Assembly: GCA_041690395.1 (NCBI GenBank)
Contig: JAWLHJ010000002.1
Coordinates: 32,001 to 96,000 of the forward strand
Direction of reading: 5' to 3'
Source of the DNA: Longimicrobiales bacterium
Lineage (GTDB): Bacteria > Gemmatimonadota > Gemmatimonadetes > Longimicrobiales > Gaopeijiaceae
DNA: 64,000 bases
Under the pieces are notes generated by a model that ran no database searches, was not told where the DNA came from, and saw only the letters and a list, made by a program, of their open reading frames with translations. Both the position numbers and the translations under genes were made by a program. Of this stretch, positions 10,391-19,367 are shown one piece after another (position 1 is the first letter of the stretch; each line of letters begins with the position of its first letter).

Positions 10391-11191
10391 ATGTCCGACA
10401 AGGTACTGGTCCACTACGAGGTTCGAGGCAAGGTCGCCCTCCTGACCCTCGACGATCCGCCCGCCAACACGTACACCCACGAGATGATGCGTCAGATCGA
10501 CGAGGCGGTCATCAAGGCGCGCTTCGACAAGGGCGTGGAGGTCATCGTGATGACCGGCGCTGGCGACAAGTTCTTCTGCGCGGGCGCGAACATCGGCATG
10601 CTCTCCGAGGCGGATCCGGACTGGAAGTACTGCTTCTGCCTGCACGCGAACGAGACGCTCAACCGTCTCGAGCAGACGCCGAAGCTCGTGATCGCGGCGC
10701 TCAACGGACACACCGTGGGCGGCGGCCTGGAGATCGCGATGGCGGCGGACCTCCGTATCGCGCGCAAGGATTCGGGCAAGGTGGGCCTCCCCGAGGTCGC
10801 GCTCGGCGTGCTCCCGGGCACCGGCGGTACGCAGCGCCTCGTCCGGCTCGTGGGCAAGCCCAACGCGATCCAGCTCATGGCCGAAGGGACGACCTTCGGC
10901 TTCGACAAGGCACACGAGCTCGGGCTCGTGAACGACATCCTCGACATCGAGGACCGGGACGCCTTCGTGGACGCCGTGATCGAGTACGCCACGCAGTTCA
11001 CGACCCCGAACAAGGCCACCAAGGCCGTCGGGCTCATCAAGCGTTCGGTCCAGACCGGCGCCGAGCTCCCGTTCGAGCTGGCCCTGGCGCTGGAGCGCGA
11101 GCTGCAGGCGCAGCTCTTCGCGAGCAGCGACGCCAAGGAAGGCCTCAACGCCTACGTCGAGAAGCGGAAGCCCGAGTTCGAGGGCAAGTAA
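10391..11191 (+). CDS. Enoyl-CoA hydratase/isomerase (crotonase), BoxC-N-domain-like
   Basis: FCAGANI, GGGLEIA, LPEVALGVLPGTGGTQRL, EKRKPEF. Confidence 0.9.
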   Translation: MSDKVLVHYEVRGKVALLTLDDPPANTYTHEMMRQIDEAVIKARFDKGVEVIVMTGAGDKFFCAGANIGMLSEADPDWKYCFCLHANETLNRLEQTPKLVIAALNGHTVGGGLEIAMAADLRIARKDSGKVGLPEVALGVLPGTGGTQRLVRLVGKPNAIQLMAEGTTFGFDKAHELGLVNDILDIEDRDAFVDAVIEYATQFTTPNKATKAVGLIKRSVQTGAELPFELALALERELQAQLFASSDAKEGLNAYVEKRKPEFEGK

Positions 11192-11208
11192 GCGATCGAC
11201 GGTGACAC

Positions 11209-11250
11209 GGAGCGGGGTTCGGATCAGCGTCCGGGCCCCGCTCCTTTTTT
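11209..11250 (+). terminator. Rho-independent terminator
   Basis: GGAGCGGGGTTCGGA-TCAGCG-TCCGGGCCCCGCTCC followed by TTTTTT. Confidence 0.8.
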
Positions 11251-11272
11251 ACGCACGAAGGAGACTCGACGG

Positions 11273-12469
11273 ATGCGCGAAGCGTGGATCATCGACGGCG
11301 TGAGGACGCCCATCGGGCGGCACGGCGGCGGGCTGGCCCCGGTCCGGCCCGACGACCTGGCCGCCCTGACCATCGAAGCCCTCATGGACCGGACGGGGAT
11401 CGACCCCCACGGTCTGGACGACGTGATCTTCGGATGCACCAACCAGGCAGGCGAGGACAACCGGAACGTCGCCCGCATGGCGCTGCTCCGGGCCGACCTG
11501 CCCGTGACGGTTCCCGGCCAGACCGTGAACCGGCTGTGCGGCTCCGGGATGCAGGCCGTGGCGTCGGCGTTCCAGGCGATCGCGACGGGTGAGGGCGACG
11601 CCTTCATCGTCGGCGGAGTGGAGAGCATGAGCCGGGCTCCATGGGTCATGCTCAAGCCGGAGACGGGCTATCCGCGGGGGACGCCTGAGACGGCCGACAC
11701 CGTCCTCGGCTGGCGGTTCCCGAACCCGGCGCTCGCGCCGGAGTGGACCATCGGCCTCGGAGAGACCGCCGAGGTCATCGCCGAGGAGTTCGGGGTGAGC
11801 CGCGAAGCCCAGGACGCGTTCGGGGCCGACAGCCAGCGGAAGGCAGCCGCCGCGATCGAGGCGGGGCGGTTCGACGCCGAGATCGTGCCGGTGAGCGTGC
11901 CGGTGCGGAAGGGCGATCCGCTGGTGATCGATGCCGACGAGCATCCCCGCCCGGGAACGACCGCGGACGACCTCGCCCGGCTGCGACCGGTGTTCAAGAA
12001 GGGCGGCACGGTCACGGCGGGCAACTCGTCGGGCATCAACGACGGCGCGGCCGCCCTCCTGGTCGTCTCCGCCGAGCGGGGCCGCGAGCTCGGGCTCGAG
12101 CCGATGGCCCGCGTGGTCGCGAGCGCCGTGGCGGGCGTTGAGCCGCACCGGATGGGCATCGGACCGGTTCCGGCCACCAGGAAGGCGCTCAAGCGTGCCG
12201 GCTGGAAGACCTCGGACCTCGACCTGGTCGAGCTGAACGAAGCGTTCGCCGCCCAGGCCATCCCGTGCATGGACGAGCTCGAGCTCGACCCCGAGACCGT
12301 CAACGTGAACGGCGGCGCCATCGCGCTCGGGCACCCGGTGGGGTGCTCCGGCGCGCGCATCGTCGTCACGCTCGTCCACGAGATGAAGCGCCGCGGGGCC
12401 AAACGCGGGCTGGCGTCCATGTGCATCGGCGTCGGACAGGGCATCGCGACCCTCTGGGAGGGAGCATGA
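11273..12469 (+). CDS. Acetyl-CoA C-acyltransferase (thiolase, PcaF/PaaJ-like)
   Basis: [43 protein letters not shown]. Confidence 0.93.
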   Translation: MREAWIIDGVRTPIGRHGGGLAPVRPDDLAALTIEALMDRTGIDPHGLDDVIFGCTNQAGEDNRNVARMALLRADLPVTVPGQTVNRLCGSGMQAVASAFQAIATGEGDAFIVGGVESMSRAPWVMLKPETGYPRGTPETADTVLGWRFPNPALAPEWTIGLGETAEVIAEEFGVSREAQDAFGADSQRKAAAAIEAGRFDAEIVPVSVPVRKGDPLVIDADEHPRPGTTADDLARLRPVFKKGGTVTAGNSSGINDGAAALLVVSAERGRELGLEPMARVVASAVAGVEPHRMGIGPVPATRKALKRAGWKTSDLDLVELNEAFAAQAIPCMDELELDPETVNVNGGAIALGHPVGCSGARIVVTLVHEMKRRGAKRGLASMCIGVGQGIATLWEGA

Positions 12470-13335
12470 GCACGATCGACGGGAGCAGCATCGCGAGGGT
12501 CGCCGTCCTCGGCGCCGGAACCATGGGGCACGGCATCGCGCAGGTGTGCGCCGCCGCCGGTTGTGACGTGCGCCTCTACGACGTGAACGAGGAAGCAGTC
12601 ACCGCCGGTCTCACGCGCATCCGGGGCAATCTCGACAAGGGGATCGAGCGCGGGAAGGTGACCGAGGCGGAGCGGGACGACACGCTCGCGCGGCTCACGA
12701 CCACGATCGACCTCACCGAGGCGGCGACCGGGGCCGACCTCATCATCGAGGCCGCGCCCGAGTCCATCGAGCCGAAGGAGCGGATCTTCCGCGAGGTGGC
12801 GGCCGCCGCGCCCGGCCACGCCATCCTGGCGAGCAACACGTCTTCGCTGTCCATCGACCGCATCGCCGAAGCGGTGGCAGGTCCGGAACGCTTCCTGGGG
12901 ATGCACTTTTTCAACCCGGTGCACATCATGGCCCTGGTCGAGGTCGTGTGGGGTCCGCGGACGTCCGACGAGGCCCGCGACACCGCGGTGGCCTTCGCCC
13001 GACGGCTCGGGAAGGAGCCGATCGTCGTGAAGGACGCGCCCGGCTTCGCCTCGTCCCGACTCGGGGTCGTGCTCGGCATGGAGGCCATCCGGATGGTCGA
13101 GCAGGGCGTGGCGAGCGCGGAGGACATCGACAAGGCGATGGAGCTCGGGTACCGGCACCCCATGGGCCCACTGAAGCTCACGGACCTCGTGGGCCTCGAC
13201 GTGCGCCTCGGGATCGCCGAGTATCTCCATGAGACCCTCGGCTCCGACGCGTTCAGCCCCCCCGCCCTCCTCCGCCGGATGGTCGAGGAAGGCAAGCTCG
13301 GCAAGAAGTCCGGTCAGGGCTTCTACAGCTGGTGA
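12466..13335 (+). CDS. 3-hydroxyacyl-CoA dehydrogenase
   Basis: [50 protein letters not shown] overlap with the thiolase. Confidence 0.93.
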   Translation: MSTIDGSSIARVAVLGAGTMGHGIAQVCAAAGCDVRLYDVNEEAVTAGLTRIRGNLDKGIERGKVTEAERDDTLARLTTTIDLTEAATGADLIIEAAPESIEPKERIFREVAAAAPGHAILASNTSSLSIDRIAEAVAGPERFLGMHFFNPVHIMALVEVVWGPRTSDEARDTAVAFARRLGKEPIVVKDAPGFASSRLGVVLGMEAIRMVEQGVASAEDIDKAMELGYRHPMGPLKLTDLVGLDVRLGIAEYLHETLGSDAFSPPALLRRMVEEGKLGKKSGQGFYSW

Positions 13336-14138
13336 CCCACACGCACGACGACGACATGACCGACGCACCCGTTCTGCTCGAGAAGCGCGACCATCACGTA
13401 GCGCTCATCACGCTCAACCGTCCCGAGAAGCTCAACGCCCTCAACGCGGACGTGCGGAGTCGGCTCAAGGCGATGTTCGCGGAGCTACGCGACGACGACG
13501 ACGTGCGCGCAGTGGTCATCCACGGCGCGGGCGACAAAGCCTTCGTGGCCGGCGCGGACATCACGGAGTTCGCGGCGCGAACCCCCGAGGAGCAGCGCGA
13601 GGTCTACAAGCAGCCGCGCATCTACGAGGCGGTGGCGGACTTCCCGAAGCCGGTGATCGCGGCCTTGCACGGCTTCTGCATCGGAGGAGGCTCGGAGCTC
13701 GCTCTCGCCTGCGACGTGCGCGTGGCCGACCGGACCACCCGAATCAGTCAGGCCGAGATCCGCATCGGGCTGATCCCCGGCGGCGGCGGCACGCAGCGGC
13801 TCGCGCGCCTGGTAGGCCGCGGGTGGGCCACCATCATCTCGCTTACCGGCGACTTCGTCGAGGCCGAGGAGGCACACCGCATCGGGCTCGTCGACGTTCT
13901 CGTCGACGAGGGGGAGCAGCTGGACCGCGCCCTCGAGCTAGCCGCCCGGATGACGCGGTGGAGCCCCGTCTCGCTCCGCCTCGGCAAAGAGGCGATCCGG
14001 ACGGCGTTCGAGCTGCCGCTGGCCGAAGGGCTCGAGCGTGAGAAGGAGCTCTTCCTGGACGCCTTCGCCTCGGAAGACGGGCGGGAGGGCGTGCGAGCGT
14101 TCGTCGAGAAGCGCAAGCCCCACTTCAAGGGCAGGTAG
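13332..14138 (+). CDS. Enoyl-CoA hydratase
   Basis: LNRPEKLNAL, AFVAGADI, GGGSELA, AEIRIGLIPGGGGTQRL; GTGA overlap. Confidence 0.92.
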   Translation: MTHTHDDDMTDAPVLLEKRDHHVALITLNRPEKLNALNADVRSRLKAMFAELRDDDDVRAVVIHGAGDKAFVAGADITEFAARTPEEQREVYKQPRIYEAVADFPKPVIAALHGFCIGGGSELALACDVRVADRTTRISQAEIRIGLIPGGGGTQRLARLVGRGWATIISLTGDFVEAEEAHRIGLVDVLVDEGEQLDRALELAARMTRWSPVSLRLGKEAIRTAFELPLAEGLEREKELFLDAFASEDGREGVRAFVEKRKPHFKGR

Positions 14139-14146
14139 AGCGAATC

Positions 14147-14473
14147 GTGGCCGACGAACGGGAACGACTGGACGTCCTGCGGGAGCGGATCCGCGAGCTC
14201 GACCGCGAGCTGGTCGACCTGGTGGCCGAGCGCCGCGGCATCGTTCTGGAGGTCGGACGGCTGAAGGAGGTGCTCGGACTTCCGGTCCTCGACCCGCCCC
14301 AGGAGGCGCGGGTCGTGAGACGGGCCGCTCAGATGGCCCGGGAGTCGGGGACCGACGAAGAGCTGGTGCGCGACGTGATCTGGCGGATCATCGCGTCGGC
14401 CAGGGCCGAGCAGGAGGGGCGGACCGACTGGGGTCCGCCCTCTCCACCGCCGAAAGCGCCGCCCGAGGAATAG
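14147..14473 (+). CDS. Chorismate mutase (AroQ type, stand-alone)
   Basis: LRERIRELDRELVDLVAERR, VGRLK, VLDPPQE. Confidence 0.8.
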   Translation: MADERERLDVLRERIRELDRELVDLVAERRGIVLEVGRLKEVLGLPVLDPPQEARVVRRAAQMARESGTDEELVRDVIWRIIASARAEQEGRTDWGPPSPPPKAPPEE

Positions 14474-14491
14474 CTCGGGTCGGCGCGCGGC

Positions 14492-15469
14492 CTATTCGGC
14501 CGTGTCGCGCCGGTCGACGCTCGCCGCGAGGGACGTCACCACCTGCGGTGACAGACCGACCGGAACCCGGACGCCGTAGATCTCGCCCGGCGGGGTGATC
14601 TGCCGCGTGAGGTGCGGGTTCAGCTCACGTAGCACGCTCGGATGGATCTCGAGCACCTGCGCGATCCGTGAGAGTCGCGTGCCGCCCGGCACGAAGACCC
14701 GATCGAACAGATAGGGCTCGACCAGTGACGAGGCGAAGCCGAAGTGGTTCGCGTCTTCCGCCAGGATCGTCGCGGCGACGATCCGGGGCACATACTCGCG
14801 CGTCTCGGCGGGCAGATGATCGAGGACCTCCCAATAGAGATCCTCGTCCCCAGTACGGCCGTCCGCGTGCTCCCGGAGCACGGCATGGACCCGGCTCGGG
14901 CCCGCGTTGTACGCGGCCGCGGCAAGATACCAGGAGTCGAAGCGGCCGTAGAGCCACTGCAGATAGTCGAGGGCCGCGTCGGTGGCGCGCACGGGGTCGC
15001 GGCGCTCGTCCACGTAGTCGTCGACCCGGAGACCGTACTCGATGGCCGTGGGGCTCATGAACTGCCACATGCCGACGGCGGACACCTGGGAGACGGCCCA
15101 GGGCGAGAGCCCGGACTCCATCATGGCCAGGTAGACGAGCTCCTCCGGCATGCCGCGCTCACGCAGCTTCCCACGGATCATCTCGTCGTAGAGACCCGCG
15201 CTCTCGAGCACGCGGGCGAACTCCGGGCGGCCGCTGGTCTGGAAGCGGTGCAGCCACTTCTCGACCCGCTCGTTCACATGGAGGGGCAGATCCGCCCCGA
15301 CCGTGCGCACGGTATCCTCGACCGCCGACGCGTCACGCGACGGCTCACCCGCATCCGCGCGGACATCCGCGAGGAACGGCACCACGAACAGGGGTGCCAA
15401 CCACAAACCGTGAGCCAAGACCGATCTATCGACACGGACATGACGTCCGCGAAGCTTATGGGTAGACAT
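14492..15469 (-). CDS. Lytic transglycosylase (SLT domain, MltD-like, C-terminal LysM-like segment)
   Basis: [42 protein letters not shown] ribosome-binding site before MSTHK. Confidence 0.9.
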   Translation of the reverse strand: MSTHKLRGRHVRVDRSVLAHGLWLAPLFVVPFLADVRADAGEPSRDASAVEDTVRTVGADLPLHVNERVEKWLHRFQTSGRPEFARVLESAGLYDEMIRGKLRERGMPEELVYLAMMESGLSPWAVSQVSAVGMWQFMSPTAIEYGLRVDDYVDERRDPVRATDAALDYLQWLYGRFDSWYLAAAAYNAGPSRVHAVLREHADGRTGDEDLYWEVLDHLPAETREYVPRIVAATILAEDANHFGFASSLVEPYLFDRVFVPGGTRLSRIAQVLEIHPSVLRELNPHLTRQITPPGEIYGVRVPVGLSPQVVTSLAASVDRRDTAE

Positions 15470-15596
15470 GGTCCACCTCCTTCTCTTGTCGCCCCGATCA
15501 TCGTACCTACGCGGCCCAGGTCCAGGAAGTTGCGGACCGGCCCCGATGATGCTCGGAAGCGTCTTGAGACGCGTGAATTTCACACGCCTATGCGAA

Positions 15597-15637
15597 GAGG
15601 TCCGGTCGACGGCGACATCGCCATCGATCCGGACCTC
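15597..15637 (-). terminator. Long hairpin after rpmA (likely terminator or stabiliser)
   Basis: GAGGTCCGG TCGACGGCGA CA TCGCCATCGA T CCGGACCTC, about 19-bp stem with only a short U tail. Confidence 0.55.
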
Positions 15638-15655
15638 CTGTCGCGCTTTTCGGAA

Positions 15656-15910
15656 CTACTCTGCGGGGTACACCGACACCACGTCGCGGGCCCGCATGCG
15701 CTCGAACTTCACCACGCCGTCCACGAGGGAAAAGAGCGTGTCGTCCTTGCCCTTTCCGACGTTCCGGCCCGGGTGGAACGAAGTCCCCCGCTGCCGCACG
15801 AGAATGCCACCGGCACGTACCGGCTGGCCACCGAAACGCTTGACGCCGAGGCGCTGGGCGTTGCTGTCGCGGCCGTTACGACTGGATCCTACACCTTTCT
15901 TATGTGCCAT
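15656..15910 (-). CDS. rpmA: 50S ribosomal protein L27
   Basis: [24 protein letters not shown]. Confidence 0.98.
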   Translation of the reverse strand: MAHKKGVGSSRNGRDSNAQRLGVKRFGGQPVRAGGILVRQRGTSFHPGRNVGKGKDDTLFSLVDGVVKFERMRARDVVSVYPAE

Positions 15911-15947
15911 GGTGTATCCCGTTTCCTGGAAGTCGAATCACCCGCCC

Positions 15948-16265
15948 TCAGGCGAGCGCGACCTCGTCGATTCTGATCTCGGTGAAGCCCTGACGGTGGC
16001 CCTGCTTCTTGCGGTACCCCTTGCGGCGCTTCCGCTTGAACACGATCACCTTGTCACCACGGCCGTGACGGACGACCTCGGCCTTCACCGAAGCACCTTC
16101 CAGAACGGGCGTGCCGACGTGGACCTGCTCCTCGCCGTCACCGGCGAGCAGGACATGGTCGAACGTCACCGCGCTTCCGGGCTCGGCGTCGAGCGAGGGA
16201 ATACGCAGGCGCGCTCCGGGCTCGGCCCGGAACTGCTTGCCACCGGTTTGAAATACTGCGTACAT
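15948..16265 (-). CDS. rplU: 50S ribosomal protein L21
   Basis: [11 protein letters not shown]...[16 protein letters not shown]. Confidence 0.98.
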   Translation of the reverse strand: MYAVFQTGGKQFRAEPGARLRIPSLDAEPGSAVTFDHVLLAGDGEEQVHVGTPVLEGASVKAEVVRHGRGDKVIVFKRKRRKGYRKKQGHRQGFTEIRIDEVALA

Positions 16266-16308
16266 ATCACGTCTCGCTTGGGCACGAAAGTTCGGTTTCT
16301 AGCCTGGT

Positions 16309-16337
16309 AATTTCGGCAAGGCGCCCGCGTGGGTCAA
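16309..16337 (-). promoter_or_regulatory. Putative promoter of rplU-rpmA
   Basis: TTGACC-17 bp-GAAATT on the minus strand; the -10 match is imperfect. Confidence 0.35.
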
Positions 16338-16349
16338 GGTACCGCCGGG

Positions 16350-17906
16350 TCAGGCCGCAACGTACTTGTCCGTGACGTCCGTTTCCGCGGGGCCGGAGAG
16401 GAGCCGGAACTCGTCGAAGCGCATCAGCGGGTCGTCACGGAGGTCAAGCTCCAGCTTGGTACGGTTCCGTAACCGCTTGAGGAGCTCGGGTTCCTCTTCC
16501 ATGACTCGGAGCGCCACCTCCGGATGGACCCTCACGACGATGCTCTTCTCGGACTTGGATGCCGCGGCGCGCCGCAGACTCCGCTCGATACGCCGCACCA
16601 CCGTGGCGGGCGTGTAGACCCTTCCCGACCCACCGCACGACGAACAGACGTGGGTCAGCGAGTTGAACAGCGACGGCCGGACACGCTGACGCGTCATCTC
16701 GACGAGGCCGAGTCCCGAGATCTCGAAGGTCTTCGTGCGCGCTCGGTCACGACCGAGGTGCGTCCGGAGCTCCTGGAGCACCTTGTCCCGGTGGGCCTGG
16801 GACTCCATGTCGATGAAGTCGACGACGATGATGCCGCCGACGTCCCGGAGGCGGAGCTGCTTCGCGATCTCGCGAGCGGCGTCGAGGTTGGTGCGGAGGA
16901 TGGTCTCGTCGGGGTCCTTCTTGCCCTTCCCCGTGAACTTCCCGGTGTTCACGTCGATGGACACCAGGGCCTCGGTCGGCTCGATGACGACGTGCCCGCC
17001 GGACTTCAGCGACACTTTGCTCCCGAAGGCCTGTTGGATCTCCTCCTCGATGTCGTACTCGTCGAACAGGGGAACGGCGCCTTCGTGGAGGTGCACCCGG
17101 TCCAGCAGATCCGGATCCACCGTCTTCACGTACTCGACGACCTCGTTGTAGATCGCCTTCGAGTCGATGCGCAGGGCCTCGAACTTGTCGCTGAAGAGGT
17201 CCCGGATGATCCCGCTGATGAGCTTGGCGTCCTGATGGACCGCCGCGGGCGCCTTCTGGGAGCGCGCCCGGTTCTGGATCTTCTGCCAGCGGCCGTGGAG
17301 GCGGTCGAACTCGTTCTTGAGGACCTCCTTCGTGACCTCTTCGCTCACCGTCCGGACGATGATCCCGCCCGAGTTCTCCGGAAGGATCTCCTTCGCCATC
17401 TTGCGGAGCTTCGCGCGCTGGTCCCGGCCCTCGATCTTCCGGCTGATGCCGACGTGGGACGAGAACGGCATGTAGACGAGGAAGCGCCCCGGGAGGGACA
17501 CCTGGGCGGTCAGCCTCGGTCCCTTGGTGCTGATCGGCTCCTTGGTGACCTGCACGAGGATCTGCTGACCCTTCTGCAGGCTCTCCTGGATGGGCGGGTA
17601 CTTCCGGCTCCGACGTCCGCGCCCTCGGCCGTTGCCGTTCCCGTCGTCCTCGTCGTCGTCGTCCTCGTCGTGGTTGAGGTCCGAGACGTGCAGGAATCCC
17701 GCCTTCTCGGTGCCGATGTCGACGAAGGCCGCCTGAATGCCGGGGAGGACCGCCTCGACCCGACCGAGGAAGATGTCTCCGACGACCCGATTCTGATCGG
17801 GTCTGTCGAACATGATTTCCACCAACTCACTGTCTTCGAGCAACGCCACCCACGACTCCTCGGGTGTCGCGCTCACGAGGATCTCTCTCCTCAAAGCGTG
17901 CTCCAA
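16350..17906 (-). CDS. Ribonuclease E/G family protein
   Basis: S1 domain (GIQAAFVDIG, GFLH), KEPISTKGPRLT, IDVNTG, LRLRDVGGIIVVDFIDM, EMTRQR, CSSCGGSG; TTG start. Confidence 0.95.
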   Translation of the reverse strand: MEHALRREILVSATPEESWVALLEDSELVEIMFDRPDQNRVVGDIFLGRVEAVLPGIQAAFVDIGTEKAGFLHVSDLNHDEDDDDEDDGNGNGRGRGRRSRKYPPIQESLQKGQQILVQVTKEPISTKGPRLTAQVSLPGRFLVYMPFSSHVGISRKIEGRDQRAKLRKMAKEILPENSGGIIVRTVSEEVTKEVLKNEFDRLHGRWQKIQNRARSQKAPAAVHQDAKLISGIIRDLFSDKFEALRIDSKAIYNEVVEYVKTVDPDLLDRVHLHEGAVPLFDEYDIEEEIQQAFGSKVSLKSGGHVVIEPTEALVSIDVNTGKFTGKGKKDPDETILRTNLDAAREIAKQLRLRDVGGIIVVDFIDMESQAHRDKVLQELRTHLGRDRARTKTFEISGLGLVEMTRQRVRPSLFNSLTHVCSSCGGSGRVYTPATVVRRIERSLRRAAASKSEKSIVVRVHPEVALRVMEEEPELLKRLRNRTKLELDLRDDPLMRFDEFRLLSGPAETDVTDKYVAA

Positions 17907-18081
17907 TGTTGTGCCCCGCTCCGGCTACCCTCGACGACGCTCCGTGCGTCCCGGATCCGCCCACCACCGGTCGTGGACGGGCGAATCAGGCGACCATGGA
18001 GCATCCGTCGCTCTCGGGCGCGATGCCGTGCGTGCCTCCGCGAATTCGGAGCCACGCCTCGGGCACCGCACGAAGCGGCGA

Positions 18082-19347
18082 CTAGGCCGTGACCTCGGCC
18101 CGTTCCCGGGCCGGTCTGTGCTGTGACTGCAGTGGGTCGGCCAGCACCTCCGCCAGCATGTGGCGGGCGATGACCAGCTTCTGCACTTCGCTCGTACCCT
18201 CTCCGATCTCGCAGATCTTCGCGTCGCGCATCATGCGCTCGACGGGGTAGTCGCTGGTGTATCCGGCGCCGCCCATGACCTGGATGGCGCCGAGTGTGGC
18301 GCGCATGGAGAGCTCGGAACAGTAGAGCTTCGCCATGGCGGCTTCCTTCGAGAACGGCGCGCCCTGGTCCTTCAACCAGGCCGCGTGGTACGTCAGATGC
18401 TTTCCGGCCTCGATCTCGGTCGCGAGATCGGAGAGCCGGAACTGGACCTGCTGGAAGTCCCAGACCTTCTTGCCGAACTGCTCACGGTCGTTCACGTAGC
18501 GAACGGCCGTTTCGAACGCGCCCTCGGCGAGCCCCAGCGAGAGCGCCGCGACGCCGATCCGGCCAGCATCGAGGGTCTTCATGAAGTTGACGAAGCCCAT
18601 GCCTTCCTCGCCGAGCCGCTGGTCCTCGGACACGTACACGTCCTGGAGGAGCAGCTCGCGCGTGTCGGAGGCCCGCCATCCCATCTTGTCTTCCTTCTCC
18701 CCGGCGGTCAGCCCTTCGCTGAACGGCAGGCTCCCGTCGTGGCCGAAGCCGATACGCTCGGCCTCTTCGAGGTCGACGGTCGGCTTACAGGCGATGAAGC
18801 TCGAGATGCCGCGCGCCCCCTGGTCGGGGTCGGTCACGGCGGTCACCACGAAGACTTCGCCGACACCGGCGTGCGTGATGAAGATCTTGGAACCGTTGAT
18901 GCGGTACCCATCGCCTTCCCGCACGGCACGGGTGCGCGTCCCTCCGGCGTCGGAGCCGGCGCCGGGCTCCGTGAGCCCGAAGCCGCCGAGCACCTTCCCG
19001 CTCGCGAGCGGAGGAATGAAGCGCTCCTTCTGCTCCCGCGTCCCGAACGCCAGGATCGGCGACAGGCCGAGCGTGGTGTGCGCCGAGACCGTGATCGAAT
19101 GACTCGCGTCGTATTTCGCGAGCTCCTCCACGACGAGGATGTAGCTCAGGTAGTCGCGGCCCATCCCCCCGAGATCCCGGGGCACGGGAACACCGAGGAG
19201 CCCCATCTCGCCCATGGCCTTCACGTTCTCCCACGGGAAGGTGCAGGACTCGTCGAGGTCCTTCGCCACGGGCGCTATCGCCTCGCGGGCGAAGTCCGCT
19301 ACCCGTTCCCTGAGCTTTACGTGTTCCTCGGTGAGATATCGATCCAT
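18082..19347 (-). CDS. Acyl-CoA dehydrogenase (short/branched-chain type)
   Basis: FGLTEPGAGSD, NGSKIFIT, KMGWRASDT, REQFGK, RDAKICEIGEGTSEVQ; start at MDRYL. Confidence 0.93.
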   Translation of the reverse strand: MDRYLTEEHVKLRERVADFAREAIAPVAKDLDESCTFPWENVKAMGEMGLLGVPVPRDLGGMGRDYLSYILVVEELAKYDASHSITVSAHTTLGLSPILAFGTREQKERFIPPLASGKVLGGFGLTEPGAGSDAGGTRTRAVREGDGYRINGSKIFITHAGVGEVFVVTAVTDPDQGARGISSFIACKPTVDLEEAERIGFGHDGSLPFSEGLTAGEKEDKMGWRASDTRELLLQDVYVSEDQRLGEEGMGFVNFMKTLDAGRIGVAALSLGLAEGAFETAVRYVNDREQFGKKVWDFQQVQFRLSDLATEIEAGKHLTYHAAWLKDQGAPFSKEAAMAKLYCSELSMRATLGAIQVMGGAGYTSDYPVERMMRDAKICEIGEGTSEVQKLVIARHMLAEVLADPLQSQHRPARERAEVTA

Positions 19348-19367
19348 GGTCTTGAAATCGCTCGAAT

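Noticed and set aside
17640..17675. (GTC)n-like trinucleotide run in the RNase E/G gene
   Set aside because: Encodes an acidic loop (DEDDDDEDD) in the S1 region; imperfect and not a phase-variable tract
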